Source: Squalus acanthias
Lineage: Eukaryota
Assembly: GCA_030390025.1 (NCBI GenBank)
Contig: CM059432.1
Location: 33,110,001-33,174,000 of the forward strand
DNA: 64,000 nucleotides
Direction of reading: 5' to 3'
Positions 49,501-58,075 of the stretch are shown one piece after another. The position numbers and the translations under genes were made by a program. How positions within the stretch are numbered: the first letter of the stretch is position 1; each line of letters starts with the position of its first letter. The notes under the pieces were generated by a model. The model was not told where the DNA came from. It ran no database searches and worked only from the letters and a program-made list of their open reading frames with translations.

Positions 49501-50482
49501 ATAGGTTCTGAGGACAAGCAGCTGTAATTGGTGTCGTTGCACAAAGAGTGGCTGAAACTCTAGGTGTGTTTCTTCGAGAGGAAACCCGAGAGGAAGCACG
49601 ATAGATTTTAGCCGGAACATCTTGATAGGCCCTTACCGGGGCAGTTCGGTAGGACTTAGCTTGATAAGCCCTCGTAGAGGCTCTTGATAGGCAAACCTTT
49701 GCAAAATGACCCTTTTTGTTGCAATGACTGCAAAACGCATTGCGAGCAGGGCAGAATTTCCGAGGGTGAAACTCATCACCACAAAAGAAGCATTTCTTAG
49801 ATTGCCAAGAGGCTGCCACAGTGGGGTCATCATCCTCTTCATCAGTGAAGTCATCAGATTGATCGTCAGGGATAAAGTCCTCCCTAATAGAGTTCACCTG
49901 TGGCCTCTTAAATTGCCTGACTGTAGTTAAGGCAGTAGACCGAGGTCTGGGCATTGTATAAAGGTCTGCATTTCTTTTTGCCAGATCTAGAGAGCAAGCC
50001 ATGTCATAAGCTCTCTGAAGCTCAAGTATCTTACTTTCCAGTCGACGCTGGCGTATAAATGGGGAGGCAAGCCCGCAGATGAAAGCATCATGGATCATTT
50101 TTTCACGGTACAGCTCAGCTGAGGCCGCCTGAAAGTTACAGTCCATACTAAGTCTGCGAAGCTCTTGGAGGAATTTATCAATGGATTCCTCCGGCCCTTG
50201 TTGGGCTGTAGCTAGTAGATGTCTGGCATAGACCTCATTCGATGTCTTAGTATATAGTCTCTTAAGCGTCCGAATTGCCTCCTCGTAACTGCCCCATTCC
50301 TCCACATACTGAAATACATTCGGGGTGACACAGTTGATGAGTATCCGCAACTTTGAGTCATCATCAGCCTTGCAATATTCAAGAAAATTGTCAAACGTGC
50401 GATACCTGTGTTTCCACACCTTACCGGCTACTGGGGTGTTTGGGTCCAAGTCAAGACGCAATGGTTTAAGGATGTTTTCCAT
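46547..50482 (-). CDS. gag-pol polyprotein, 1311 aa
   Basis: Double zinc knuckle CFFCGDEFHPRKFC and CSHCNKKGHFAKVC; protease LIDSGS; RT LPFGVTNG...YLDNIT; RNase H ECDASE...EKEA; integrase H..HPG..C..C, IDFKGP, HSDRG, GNGQVERFN. Confidence 0.96.
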   Translation of the reverse strand: MENILKPLRLDLDPNTPVAGKVWKHRYRTFDNFLEYCKADDDSKLRILINCVTPNVFQYVEEWGSYEEAIRTLKRLYTKTSNEVYARHLLATAQQGPEESIDKFLQELRRLSMDCNFQAASAELYREKMIHDAFICGLASPFIRQRRLESKILELQRAYDMACSLDLAKRNADLYTMPRPRSTALTTVRQFKRPQVNSIREDFIPDDQSDDFTDEEDDDPTVAASWQSKKCFFCGDEFHPRKFCPARNAFCSHCNKKGHFAKVCLSRASTRAYQAKSYRTAPVRAYQDVPAKIYRASSRVSSRRNTPRVSATLCATTPITAACPQNLFHAATKASINGHTLDALIDSGSTDSFIREQIVAELKLHVFPSDQAIAMAQSSLNTRISGFCMVEITLNGHRYPSTRLSVLKNLCSDLILGLDFQKQHKKLTIEFGGSKPELTISNILPRLPFCALSAASLDEPSLFTSIPPRCKPIITKSRRFSQEDQSFIAAEISRLLAEDIIEPCSSPWRAQVVIVKNPLQPHKKRLCIDYSQTINQYMDLDAYPLPRIDDMVNKLAEYTVFSTYDLKSAYHQVPLKVSDKQYTAFEANGRLYQFSRLPFGVTNGVAVFQRAMDDLVKQEDLKDTFPYLDNITVAGRNQREHDANLQRFWDALQHRNLTLNAAKSIESQPTINILGYCVGNGIIKPDPERLRPLQELPPPKNPASLRRALGLFAYYAKWIPNFSDRIQPLLKASTFPLDTAAVAAFNLLKKQLEKAALHSIDERLPFVVECDASEVAISATLNQEGRPVAFLSRTFQGAELHYPPVEKEATAIIEAVRKWSHLLARQHFTLITDQRSVAFMLDNRKRTKIKNNKIQLWRLELASFGYTIHYRPGKENVAPDTLTQAFCSAMAPSTLVDIHDGLCHPGVTRMLHFVRSQNLPFSTGDVKKMCSDCRVCAELKPQFFRPSGGILIHATQPMQRLSIDFKGPLPSSTRNTYLLTMVDEYSRFQFAFPCPNMLTTTVISCLEQVFAFCGMASYVHSDRGPSFMSGELKAYLSERGIAASKTTPYHPVGNGQVERFNAIIWKAVRLALRSRGLPNQQWEAVLPDALHSTRSLLSTATNMTPHERFFRFQRRSSYGISLLSWLTAPGPVLLRRYVRASKNDPLVDEVELTYVNPTYAYIRYPDGRESTVSLRDLAPCPPKHRGTPGDDIVPGTSLGSPGASHHDLDVTPAGTSLQRADLGQTDYEPVGARTRSHDPPRTVRSEMDLPQPCPTPVRAPVHSQDRPDPSDSGPRPAAGKRARGPLPLREPKRVRLSLVQRLRNGGSIPAS

Positions 50483-50560
50483 GATGGGTGATTCCCTGGA
50501 TCCTTAGTTCCAAGTTCGTCCAAAAAGTTTGAGTGCGAAGTTTTCCAAAGTTGATTAAAT

Positions 50561-50754
50561 TGTCGTAAGAATGAGCCTTACGCGTGGTGAACTTAAAGTA
50601 AGCTTTAATCAACTAAAAAGGTGCTACATACAAAAGAGGTCTTACTCTATGCCTCTCCAGGATCCAACTGATCAGTCCAATATTTATCCTGGACTAATCA
50701 CAGGAAGTGATGCAATAAAGTTCGAGTCACAGAAAGCTGTATTGTGTTACCACA
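50561..50754 (-). repeat. 5' LTR of Gypsy element 2
   Basis: Direct repeat of 46334-46527, 78 nt upstream of the gag ATG. Confidence 0.97.
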
Positions 50755-50954
50755 ATGATAATCAATTATATTCCTTTAAGTAAGTATGTATGTATGTATG
50801 CATGACTTTCTGAAAATGTTACAGTTAGAAACATAGAAACTAGGAGCAGGAGTAGGCCATTCGGCCCGTCGAGCCTGCTCCACCATTCAATACGATCATG
50901 GCTGATCATCCAAATCCAGTACCCTGTCCCTGCTTTCTCACACAGAATCCCCAT

Positions 50955-51271
50955 CGAGCCTGCACCGACACATATCCCACCCTATCCCCGCAACCCCACA
51001 TATTTAATTCCCCCTAACATATCCCATCCTATCCCCGTAACCCCACATATTTAATCCCCCCCTAACACTAAGGGTCAATTTATCATAGCCAAATCAACCT
51101 AACCCGCACATTTTTGGACTGTGGGAGGAAACCGGAGCACCCGGAGGAAACCCACGCAGACACGGGGAGAATGTGCAAACTCCACACAGACAGTCACCCG
51201 AGGCCAGATTCGAACCCGGGTCTCTGGCGCTGTGAGGCACCAGTGCTAACCACTATGCCACCGTGTTGCCC
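50955..51271 (-). mobile_element. HE1/V-SINE-type tRNA-derived SINE
   Basis: Minus-strand A box TGGCATAGTGG, B box GGTTCGAATC, V-domain gtgtggagtttgcacattctccccgtgtctgcgtgggtttcctccgggtgctccggtttcctcccacagtccaaa. Confidence 0.88.
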
Positions 51272-52006
51272 ACGAGTTCTGGAAAATCATCTCGGGCCAT
51301 GAGGCGGGTAGCCGTGTTCCCAATCCGATACCGCACATTTCCCACCATAGCCCGACCTGATTTTATAGCCACTCATTATTAAAGTTACTTTAACAACTCT
51401 TTCCATTTTTTCCTTACAACTTTCTGTTCAAAGAGGAAGCCTGTGAGGGAGCAGCTGGTAGCCAACACCTTCACGAGGTAGTGTCGCCTTGTACCTCCCC
51501 CTCCCCCAGCAAGGCAAAGAAAGGAACAGACACAATTTAAAGTGAAACAGTGAACTTTTATTGCAGCATTAAAGACTTCTGAGGTTCAGTGTTGATGTAC
51601 ATAGTTTATAACTTTTAAATGTTAACTAGCTATTTTCAGCTTTTCAAACATTCGTAAACATAAATAGGTTAGAATAAAATTTGTAAACAGTTTACAGTGA
51701 CCTTTTTGGTTTGTTACTGCAATAAAGACATTCAAGATGGAAACTAGGTATTTTCTAAATTTAAAACAGTTGTAATGTTAATTTTTTTTGCAAATAAACA
51801 AGTTGAATTTTTTCAAAGTGACTAGAGGCTGTACTTTTTAAATGAAAAGTTTACATACACTTTCAGTGACAAATATATATTTCAATAAAAAAACAATGAA
51901 AACAAGTAACATTTAAATAAAATGAAAAATTAAACAATTGAACGATTTACCCCCTCACATCTATGCCTGAGGGTCAATGGATGTGCATTGTGGAAAAGGT
52001 GACATC

Positions 52007-53621
52007 CTACCGTCTCCTGCGCTTTCCCGCTCCCCGTGACCGGAGCCCTGTGCTGCGACTTGAAAGGGCCCTGTTTGCCATCTCTTGCCCTTCAGCAATT
52101 GCCTCCTGACAGGGTTGCTGTTGCTGCTGCTGCAAGGCAATGTTTGCTTGCATCACAACTGGTGGAGCAGCTGGCTCTTGGGCCCGCACTGTTTCTGCGC
52201 TGGGAGCAGGTAAGGGCGGTTCTGCGGGAGTCACAGTAATGGCTGCAGAAGGTGGTTGAAGCATATGCAAGAGTCCAACGAGAGACTCATTTATTTGATG
52301 AAGCTCCATTCCCACATCTGGTTTCTGCAAGAGTCCAAGGACAGACTCATTTATTTGATTAAGTGACATGCCAATAGAATCCATTTCCTGCCTGATCGAG
52401 GCAAGAGAGTCAACTTGTTTCTCTGTAAGAGAACACATCGATTGCCTCAACCCTTCAAGATGCTGCATCTGACCTTGTAACTCCTGTTCTGTTGCATATA
52501 TATCTGCTTCTCCCACATGCACTGCAGTATCAAGCTGGTGTCTGTCTGGCACAGAGCCAGAGGGACCAGGAGATGGAGAGGACCTCTCCAGCAACCCAGA
52601 TTCCATACCCTCCACTTCCACTACATCAACAAGTTGCTCCTCACAGGCTGCCTGCTGAGCACCTTGCCGGACAGGCGCAGGGACTTTGTGTGTCGGGCAG
52701 GTGAGACCGACTGACCAGCCCTTCCCTCGCCTCAGGGCTGAATTCCATCTCCGTGTCACACCGTCCAACCAGTGGCGTCACTCTGCACTTTCCCAAAACA
52801 AGGGATGAGCCGAGCATGCTGGTACCCTCAGCCTGGACCTTGCAAACCCTGCGAACCAATTTAGAGACACTTTCAAACCACCACCACCTCACTCACAGCT
52901 CCCATTGCCTCAACAACCCCTTCCCCAAAGCCCTCTGCGGCTGCAGACTCAACGCACTGCTCATCCCGCGTGTGAGAAGTCTGCTGTAAACCTATGGAAA
53001 GGAAACAGTAAACATTAGCGAAGGTAAAGCATGATGTGCCACATCACAGAAGCTGATATTCAACACACATCTAACATTTTTAAACATTAGCTGGCCAGAG
53101 CAAATCACGGTTATGCATACCTGTGTCGGTTCGTACAGCTTCAAAGGGGCAGTCGCTACTAAATCCAAATAGATGCTCGAGCCTTTCCTCATGTTCGGAT
53201 AAAGCCCTTAACGTGACAACACCACCGCCTGTCAGTGCACGTTCTCTGGCGTTGTGAGCAGTTTTTACTCTAAAATGAAAACAGAAAACATGAAATGTAA
53301 GGTTTTTCTAAATATACCTACACCCAAAGTGCATTGGGACACACACAGTTAACTCACTAAACAACTCAAAGCAGTGGAATCAAGATAAGAGCACAATGGA
53401 TGACCCTGAGCTGGCCCCAAAAGCCATAAAAATTTATGGCAACATCTTGTGACTGCAGGTAATTCACTTGAGTAACATTTGGCCTTTTCGTGGCGCCTTG
53501 GACTTCTCAGTTCCAATTATCCGCAAGCGCTTCGCCTCAACCTCGTCGAGGAGTGTGCTGAGATCATCGTCACTGAAATTTTGAGTCTTTTGATAATTTG
53601 AATTGTGCTCATTCCAGCCAT
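52007..53621 (-). pseudogene. Harbinger C Myb/SANT-like gene, spliced, disrupted exon 1
   Basis: KTQNFSDDDLSTLLDEVEAKRLRIIG near 53590-53515; long last-exon ORF with a coiled-coil-like segment ending RSRGAGKRRRR*. Confidence 0.65.
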
Positions 53622-54209
53622 TTCACTTTGCTGATTAAATAAAGTAAAATGAATGAAAAAAATGCTTTCAGGGCTTTTAAAACTATTAAAATTATTTCAA
53701 ATCTATTTAAAACTGTTTAAAATTCTTCCAATTCATGTAAAAGTCTTTAAAAGTTTGCAAAACATGCATTTAAATACAACTTACTTTGATAGCAAAGTCC
53801 TGCGTCGCTTGAAATCCCTGTGTTGCTATTTCCAAAGCTTGCCAGGAGTTAAAAAAAAAAAAAAATTGGGGGCGTGGCCTATGCTAATGCGGCCTTCCAG
53901 GGCGTGTCTTCACTGCCCTCCGCACGGGAGGCAATGCGCACGCTGCGCTCCAGGGCGGTGTGACGTCAGATGCTGCCCAGGAGTGCTGCTCAAAAAAAAC
54001 AAAGTTCCTGCGGGGGCAAACAAGAACGGCAGACGCGGTAGGTGATATCGCGCGCGATCCTTACCCCCGCGGCAAGCCTCCGAATCAAATTTCTGGGCCA
54101 ATGTGAAAAATCACCAAAACACACTCCAGTAGCCTATCGTGTCCAAACAGAGATTTGCCTCAATGGTGGAGGTGAGTGTCCCTTTAAATAATAGACCAGG
54201 AGGTTATTG

Positions 54210-55271
54210 CTTTAAGATCCAGCGAAATCAGGCACTTCCAAACACCAATATAAGAAACTGGTCATTATTCGGGTGCAAAACCCACATTTTAATTAAATCT
54301 ATTATACATTCTAGGTACGCTAATTTCTATGGTTATGCGAATGAAATTGTGATGCGAATAATACTGTGTTTAGATTGTATTCGAGCTTGAGATAAAAGTG
54401 TCTTCAGACTAGTATTAGAGTAGCTGGATAGATGCTTAAAATTTGCCTGTTTTTAGTTCCCTGCAGATCTTTTAACGTTCTGCACCGTGGCAGTCATATA
54501 TATGACCTTGCTTCCCAAGCTAGCTGTCTGCTGTTTGTGTGCTAGGAAAGCTGCTGACTGTATCTTTAATTTAGCCAACCAAGGCCCAACGCCTATGTTT
54601 CTTCCATTACTGCTAATAACCATATAATAATGCTAAGTTAGGATTTTGACTTTGTTTAACAAAACTGCTTTAAAATGCTTAAGTTAACCAGTGTGTGAGA
54701 ATAGAATGGAGGATATTTTGGGGAATTTAATGATTCATTCCATGGTACAATAGTATGATAATGGAATGAAATAGTTTGCACAGCTAAACTGCATGAACAG
54801 CTTTGAACATAAATAACTGACACCAAGCAGCTACAAACAATCTGAAGGCCGAGAATGGTATGTCTGACTCCAAACTTAGGAGGACAAGGCCGGATGAGAT
54901 GAGGGGAAAACAGTCCTCCGTATCTTCTACTCCGGTCCACCACTAAAAAGAGTATAAAAGAAAGACCTGAAAAGCCTCCCGCGCAAACGGTGGACTGAAG
55001 AGCTCCTGAGAATGGATCTATGCTGACTTTGGTCCAACACTCTTGGGCAGTTCAAAAAGAGACATGCGAGACGAGAAGGAGAGCTGTTAGTGCACGCCAG
55101 CCGTCTGTCCGAACGGGGCCGGTACTCGCTACTTGTCACAGTCGTATGTTTTTGCCGTATAACTAATGTGCGTTATTCCACCTTAAACTCCAATTAAACA
55201 CAGTATACCCACCGTATTGGTTGCAGTCGATCCTGATCATTTGAAAGACCAGAGATAATCTAATCTCAACA
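54210..55271 (+). mobile_element. Probable solo LTR, same family as 36690-37657
   Basis: Inverted homolog; TATAAAA near 54953; ends ctcaaca; left boundary approximate. Confidence 0.65.
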
Positions 55272-55442
55272 ATCGGTGCTGCACTTCTTGTAGGCAGCTG
55301 CCAGGGCTTCCTAAACACAGCTCAGGAATGGCCTGGGCTTATGCACATGTCTGAAGTGGGCTATTTAAACTACTAACTTTGTTATCGTTCCATGCATTTT
55401 ACAACCGAGAAAGGGGCTCAATGATGTGTAATTTAAACCCCA

Positions 55443-55800
55443 CTGTTTCTGCAGCCTTTAGCATGCAGTTACGAACAATGGCGGACAGGTAAAGACCATC
55501 TGGTCCATCGAGCCTGTCCCACACAATTGCGATACCTTGTGTATCACAATATATACACTCCACCCCACCCGAAACCGTGATCTCCTGGGAGAGGCAAAAA
55601 AAAATGTTCTTCAAAGATTCTCCCTCAGAGAATGGTTTTGATGACTCAGCTATTTCATGGGCAATCACACCGCTCGCCTTAACAGCGGCATCACTTGCAC
55701 GGTGAGCGTCAGTAAACATTGCTGCTTTTTCAACGACTCTATCTTCCTGTAACTTGCCTGCGTACTTAGCATTATTTCTCACCATGGTTAGCTTCATACA
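55443..55800 (-). pseudogene. hAT (GTF2IRD2-like) transposase N-terminal remnant with a small LINE-tail insertion
   Basis: DAAVKASGVIAHEIAESSKPFSEGESLKN...CMLKAAETV. Confidence 0.75.
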
Positions 55801-56837
55801 GGAGAATTTTAACAGGCAAGGGCGTGTGGATCGGGGTTTGGGAGGGTGGATAAATTTGCCGAAAATGGAAGTGCGACCGCAACCCGGCTCCAACGTAGTG
55901 TCATCTGTGCTAAACTCGGGTGTGTTAGGCTGCGTGTGCCAAACCCCTTCCAGAGTGACGGATTACTGATACTTAAATCAGGCTATTTCAGTGATATTTT
56001 CACCGGGATTTAAATTTAACACCACATACACGGGTTTCCCAGGCTTCCTAGAAGGTAAGAAGATTGTGTGGCAATTTATGGGTCTAATTAAAAGGCATGA
56101 ATATGGATATCAGTGAAGGCTCAGTGCTCACATCTGCTTTCTTAGCTCCCACTGGGAAAGGATTTGGTGAGACTGCGTGTTGTTGTGAGGCGCTAATTTG
56201 TTGACACTCAGCACATCAGGATGGGTGGGGCCATAGAGAGACCTGCTGGTCTCAGAGGGGAGCAACAGAAGGGTCGAGGTCACAGGAGTCACTACCCACG
56301 TACCAGGGTGTACAGACAGAGATAAAAACAGAAAATGCTGGAAATACTCAGCAGGTCAGGCAGCATCTGTAAAGAGAAACAGAGTTAACGTAGCAGGTCA
56401 GGCAGCATCTGTAAAGAGAAAGAGAGTTGCCGGGCCCGATTTTAATGGACTTCAAAGGGCAGGTTTGGAGGCGGGTCGGCAGCCAAAATTGAAAAAATTG
56501 CCGGTAGGCTGCGAACCCACGCCCACGCTAATTACGTAAGTGTCGGGTCAGCCGCTCCTAAACTGACCCGACACCAAACGGCGGGACAGGCCGTTAACTG
56601 CCTTGCTAATCCTATTTTAATATTTGATTCCAATTTTGGTGCTTTTGGCTCCTGTTTCCCGTCTTCCGAGAAACACGCCAGCTGCAATGAGTCGGGTTTC
56701 TCGAGGACATGATTTGTTGTCAATTGCTGCAGCCGCTTATAAACGCTCCTGCAACATCGCTGACATTCAAATGTCACAACTATGTTGTTGGAGATTTGGG
56801 ATAAGATTTTGCTACTCTACTGACCTTGTGACTATGA

Positions 56838-57920
56838 TGTGGAGATGCCAGTGTTGGACTGGGGTGGACAAATGTGAGCAGTCGCACAACACCAGGTTAT
56901 AGTCCAACAGCTTTATTTGAAATCACAAGCTTTCGGAGCGCTGCTCCTTCATCAGGTGAAGTGAAGAGATGATGCATATAGGCACAGCATATATAGTCAG
57001 AGAACACTGCCAGATGATTATAGTTAATCTTTCCAACTGCCCTTTATCACACCTCGGCAGAGAGATAATCACGGCAATCAAAGGTGTGGATGGGGTCCAA
57101 ACAGGTCAGTCAGGAAAACATTACATCAAAGACAATGTGGCAGATGCTGGGGTCTGTATGGAAAACAAAAAACTTTTTTTTGCTGGAAGTCACAGCAGGT
57201 CCGGCCGCATCTGTGTAGAGAGGACAAGCCAACGACGACTCGAGTCTGGATGACTCTACGTCAGGTGGGGTTACATGTAGCGTGACATGAACCCAAGATC
57301 CCGGTTGAGGCCGTCCTCATGGGTGCGGAACTTGGCTATCAGTTTTTGCTCGACGATTTTGCGTTGTCGTGTGTCTCGAAGGCCGCCTTGGAGAACGCTT
57401 ACCCGAAGATCGGAGGCTGAATGTCCTTGACTGCTGAAGTGTTCCCCGACTGGGAGGGAACACTCCTGCCTGGCGATTGTTGTGCGGTGTCCGTTCATAC
57501 GTTGTCGCAGTGTCTGCATGGTCTCGCCGATGTACCATGCTCCGGGGCATCCTTTCCTGCAACGTATGAGGTAGACAACGTTGGCCGAGTCACATGAGTA
57601 TGTACCATGTACCTGGTGGGTGGTGTCCTCGTGTGATGATGGTATCTGTGTTGATGATCTGGCATGTCTTGCAGAGGTTGTCGTGGCAGGATTGTGTGGT
57701 GCCGTGGTCCCTGTTCTCCTGAAAGCTGGGCAAGTTGCTGCGAACGATGGTCTGTTTGAGGTTAGGCGGCTGTTTGAAGACGAATAGTGGAGGCGTGGGG
57801 ATGGCCTGAGCGAGGTGTTCGTCGTCATCGATGACATGTTGAAGGCTGCGAAGAACATGGTGCAGTTTCTCCGCTCCGGGGAAGTACTGGACGACGTAGG
57901 GTACTCTGTTGGTTGTGACT
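56838..57920 (-). mobile_element. Penelope-like element 3' portion with GIY-YIG endonuclease
   Basis: CDSANVVYLIRCRKGC...YIGET..TLRQRMNGH...EHF...EQKLIAKF...GLN. Confidence 0.92.
56923..56959 (-). ncRNA. Minimal type I hammerhead ribozyme
   Basis: Identical to 18900-18936. Confidence 0.82.
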
Positions 57921-58075
57921 CTTCAAGCTGACCGCCATCTGCAGTGTGAGCTGATTGGAATAATCTCAGGCCACTTTGTGCGCTTGCAAGCTTCTTGCCT
58001 CAACTGAAATCTATAGCAACAGTATGGGAACCATTTATATCCTCTCATCCTGGTCGTCAGATTTGGAGGAAGAGG

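Larger units (their letters stand above)
46334..50754 (-). mobile_element. Intact full-length Gypsy LTR retrotransposon, single ORF, no tRNA PBS
   Basis: 194-bp LTRs 46334-46527 and 50561-50754 (TG...CA) differing at 2 sites; TSD ATGAT; PPT gggggggggagaa adjacent to the 3' LTR. Confidence 0.97.
45844..54099. mobile_element. Harbinger family C element carrying nested Gypsy and SINE insertions
   Basis: TIRs GGCCCAAAAATT and AATTTCTGGGCC (11/12), TSD AAT; Myb-like gene on minus strand; only a C-terminal transposase-like remnant. Confidence 0.8.
55800..58075 (+). mobile_element. Left ends of two further Harbinger remnants, split by Penelope insertions
   Basis: TIR-like ggagaatttt (55801) and gggcccgatttt (56432); transposase starts ...HYPRTRVYRQR near 56300 and MGTIYILSSWSSDLEEE at 58024. 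Confidence 0.55.

Noticed and set aside
51195..51271. tRNA-like sequence
   Set aside because: It is the Pol III head of an HE1/V-SINE, continuing directly into the V-domain
55399..55893. 164-aa ORF as a single protein
   Set aside because: Chimera of Harbinger terminus, hAT transposase fragment and an inserted LINE tail
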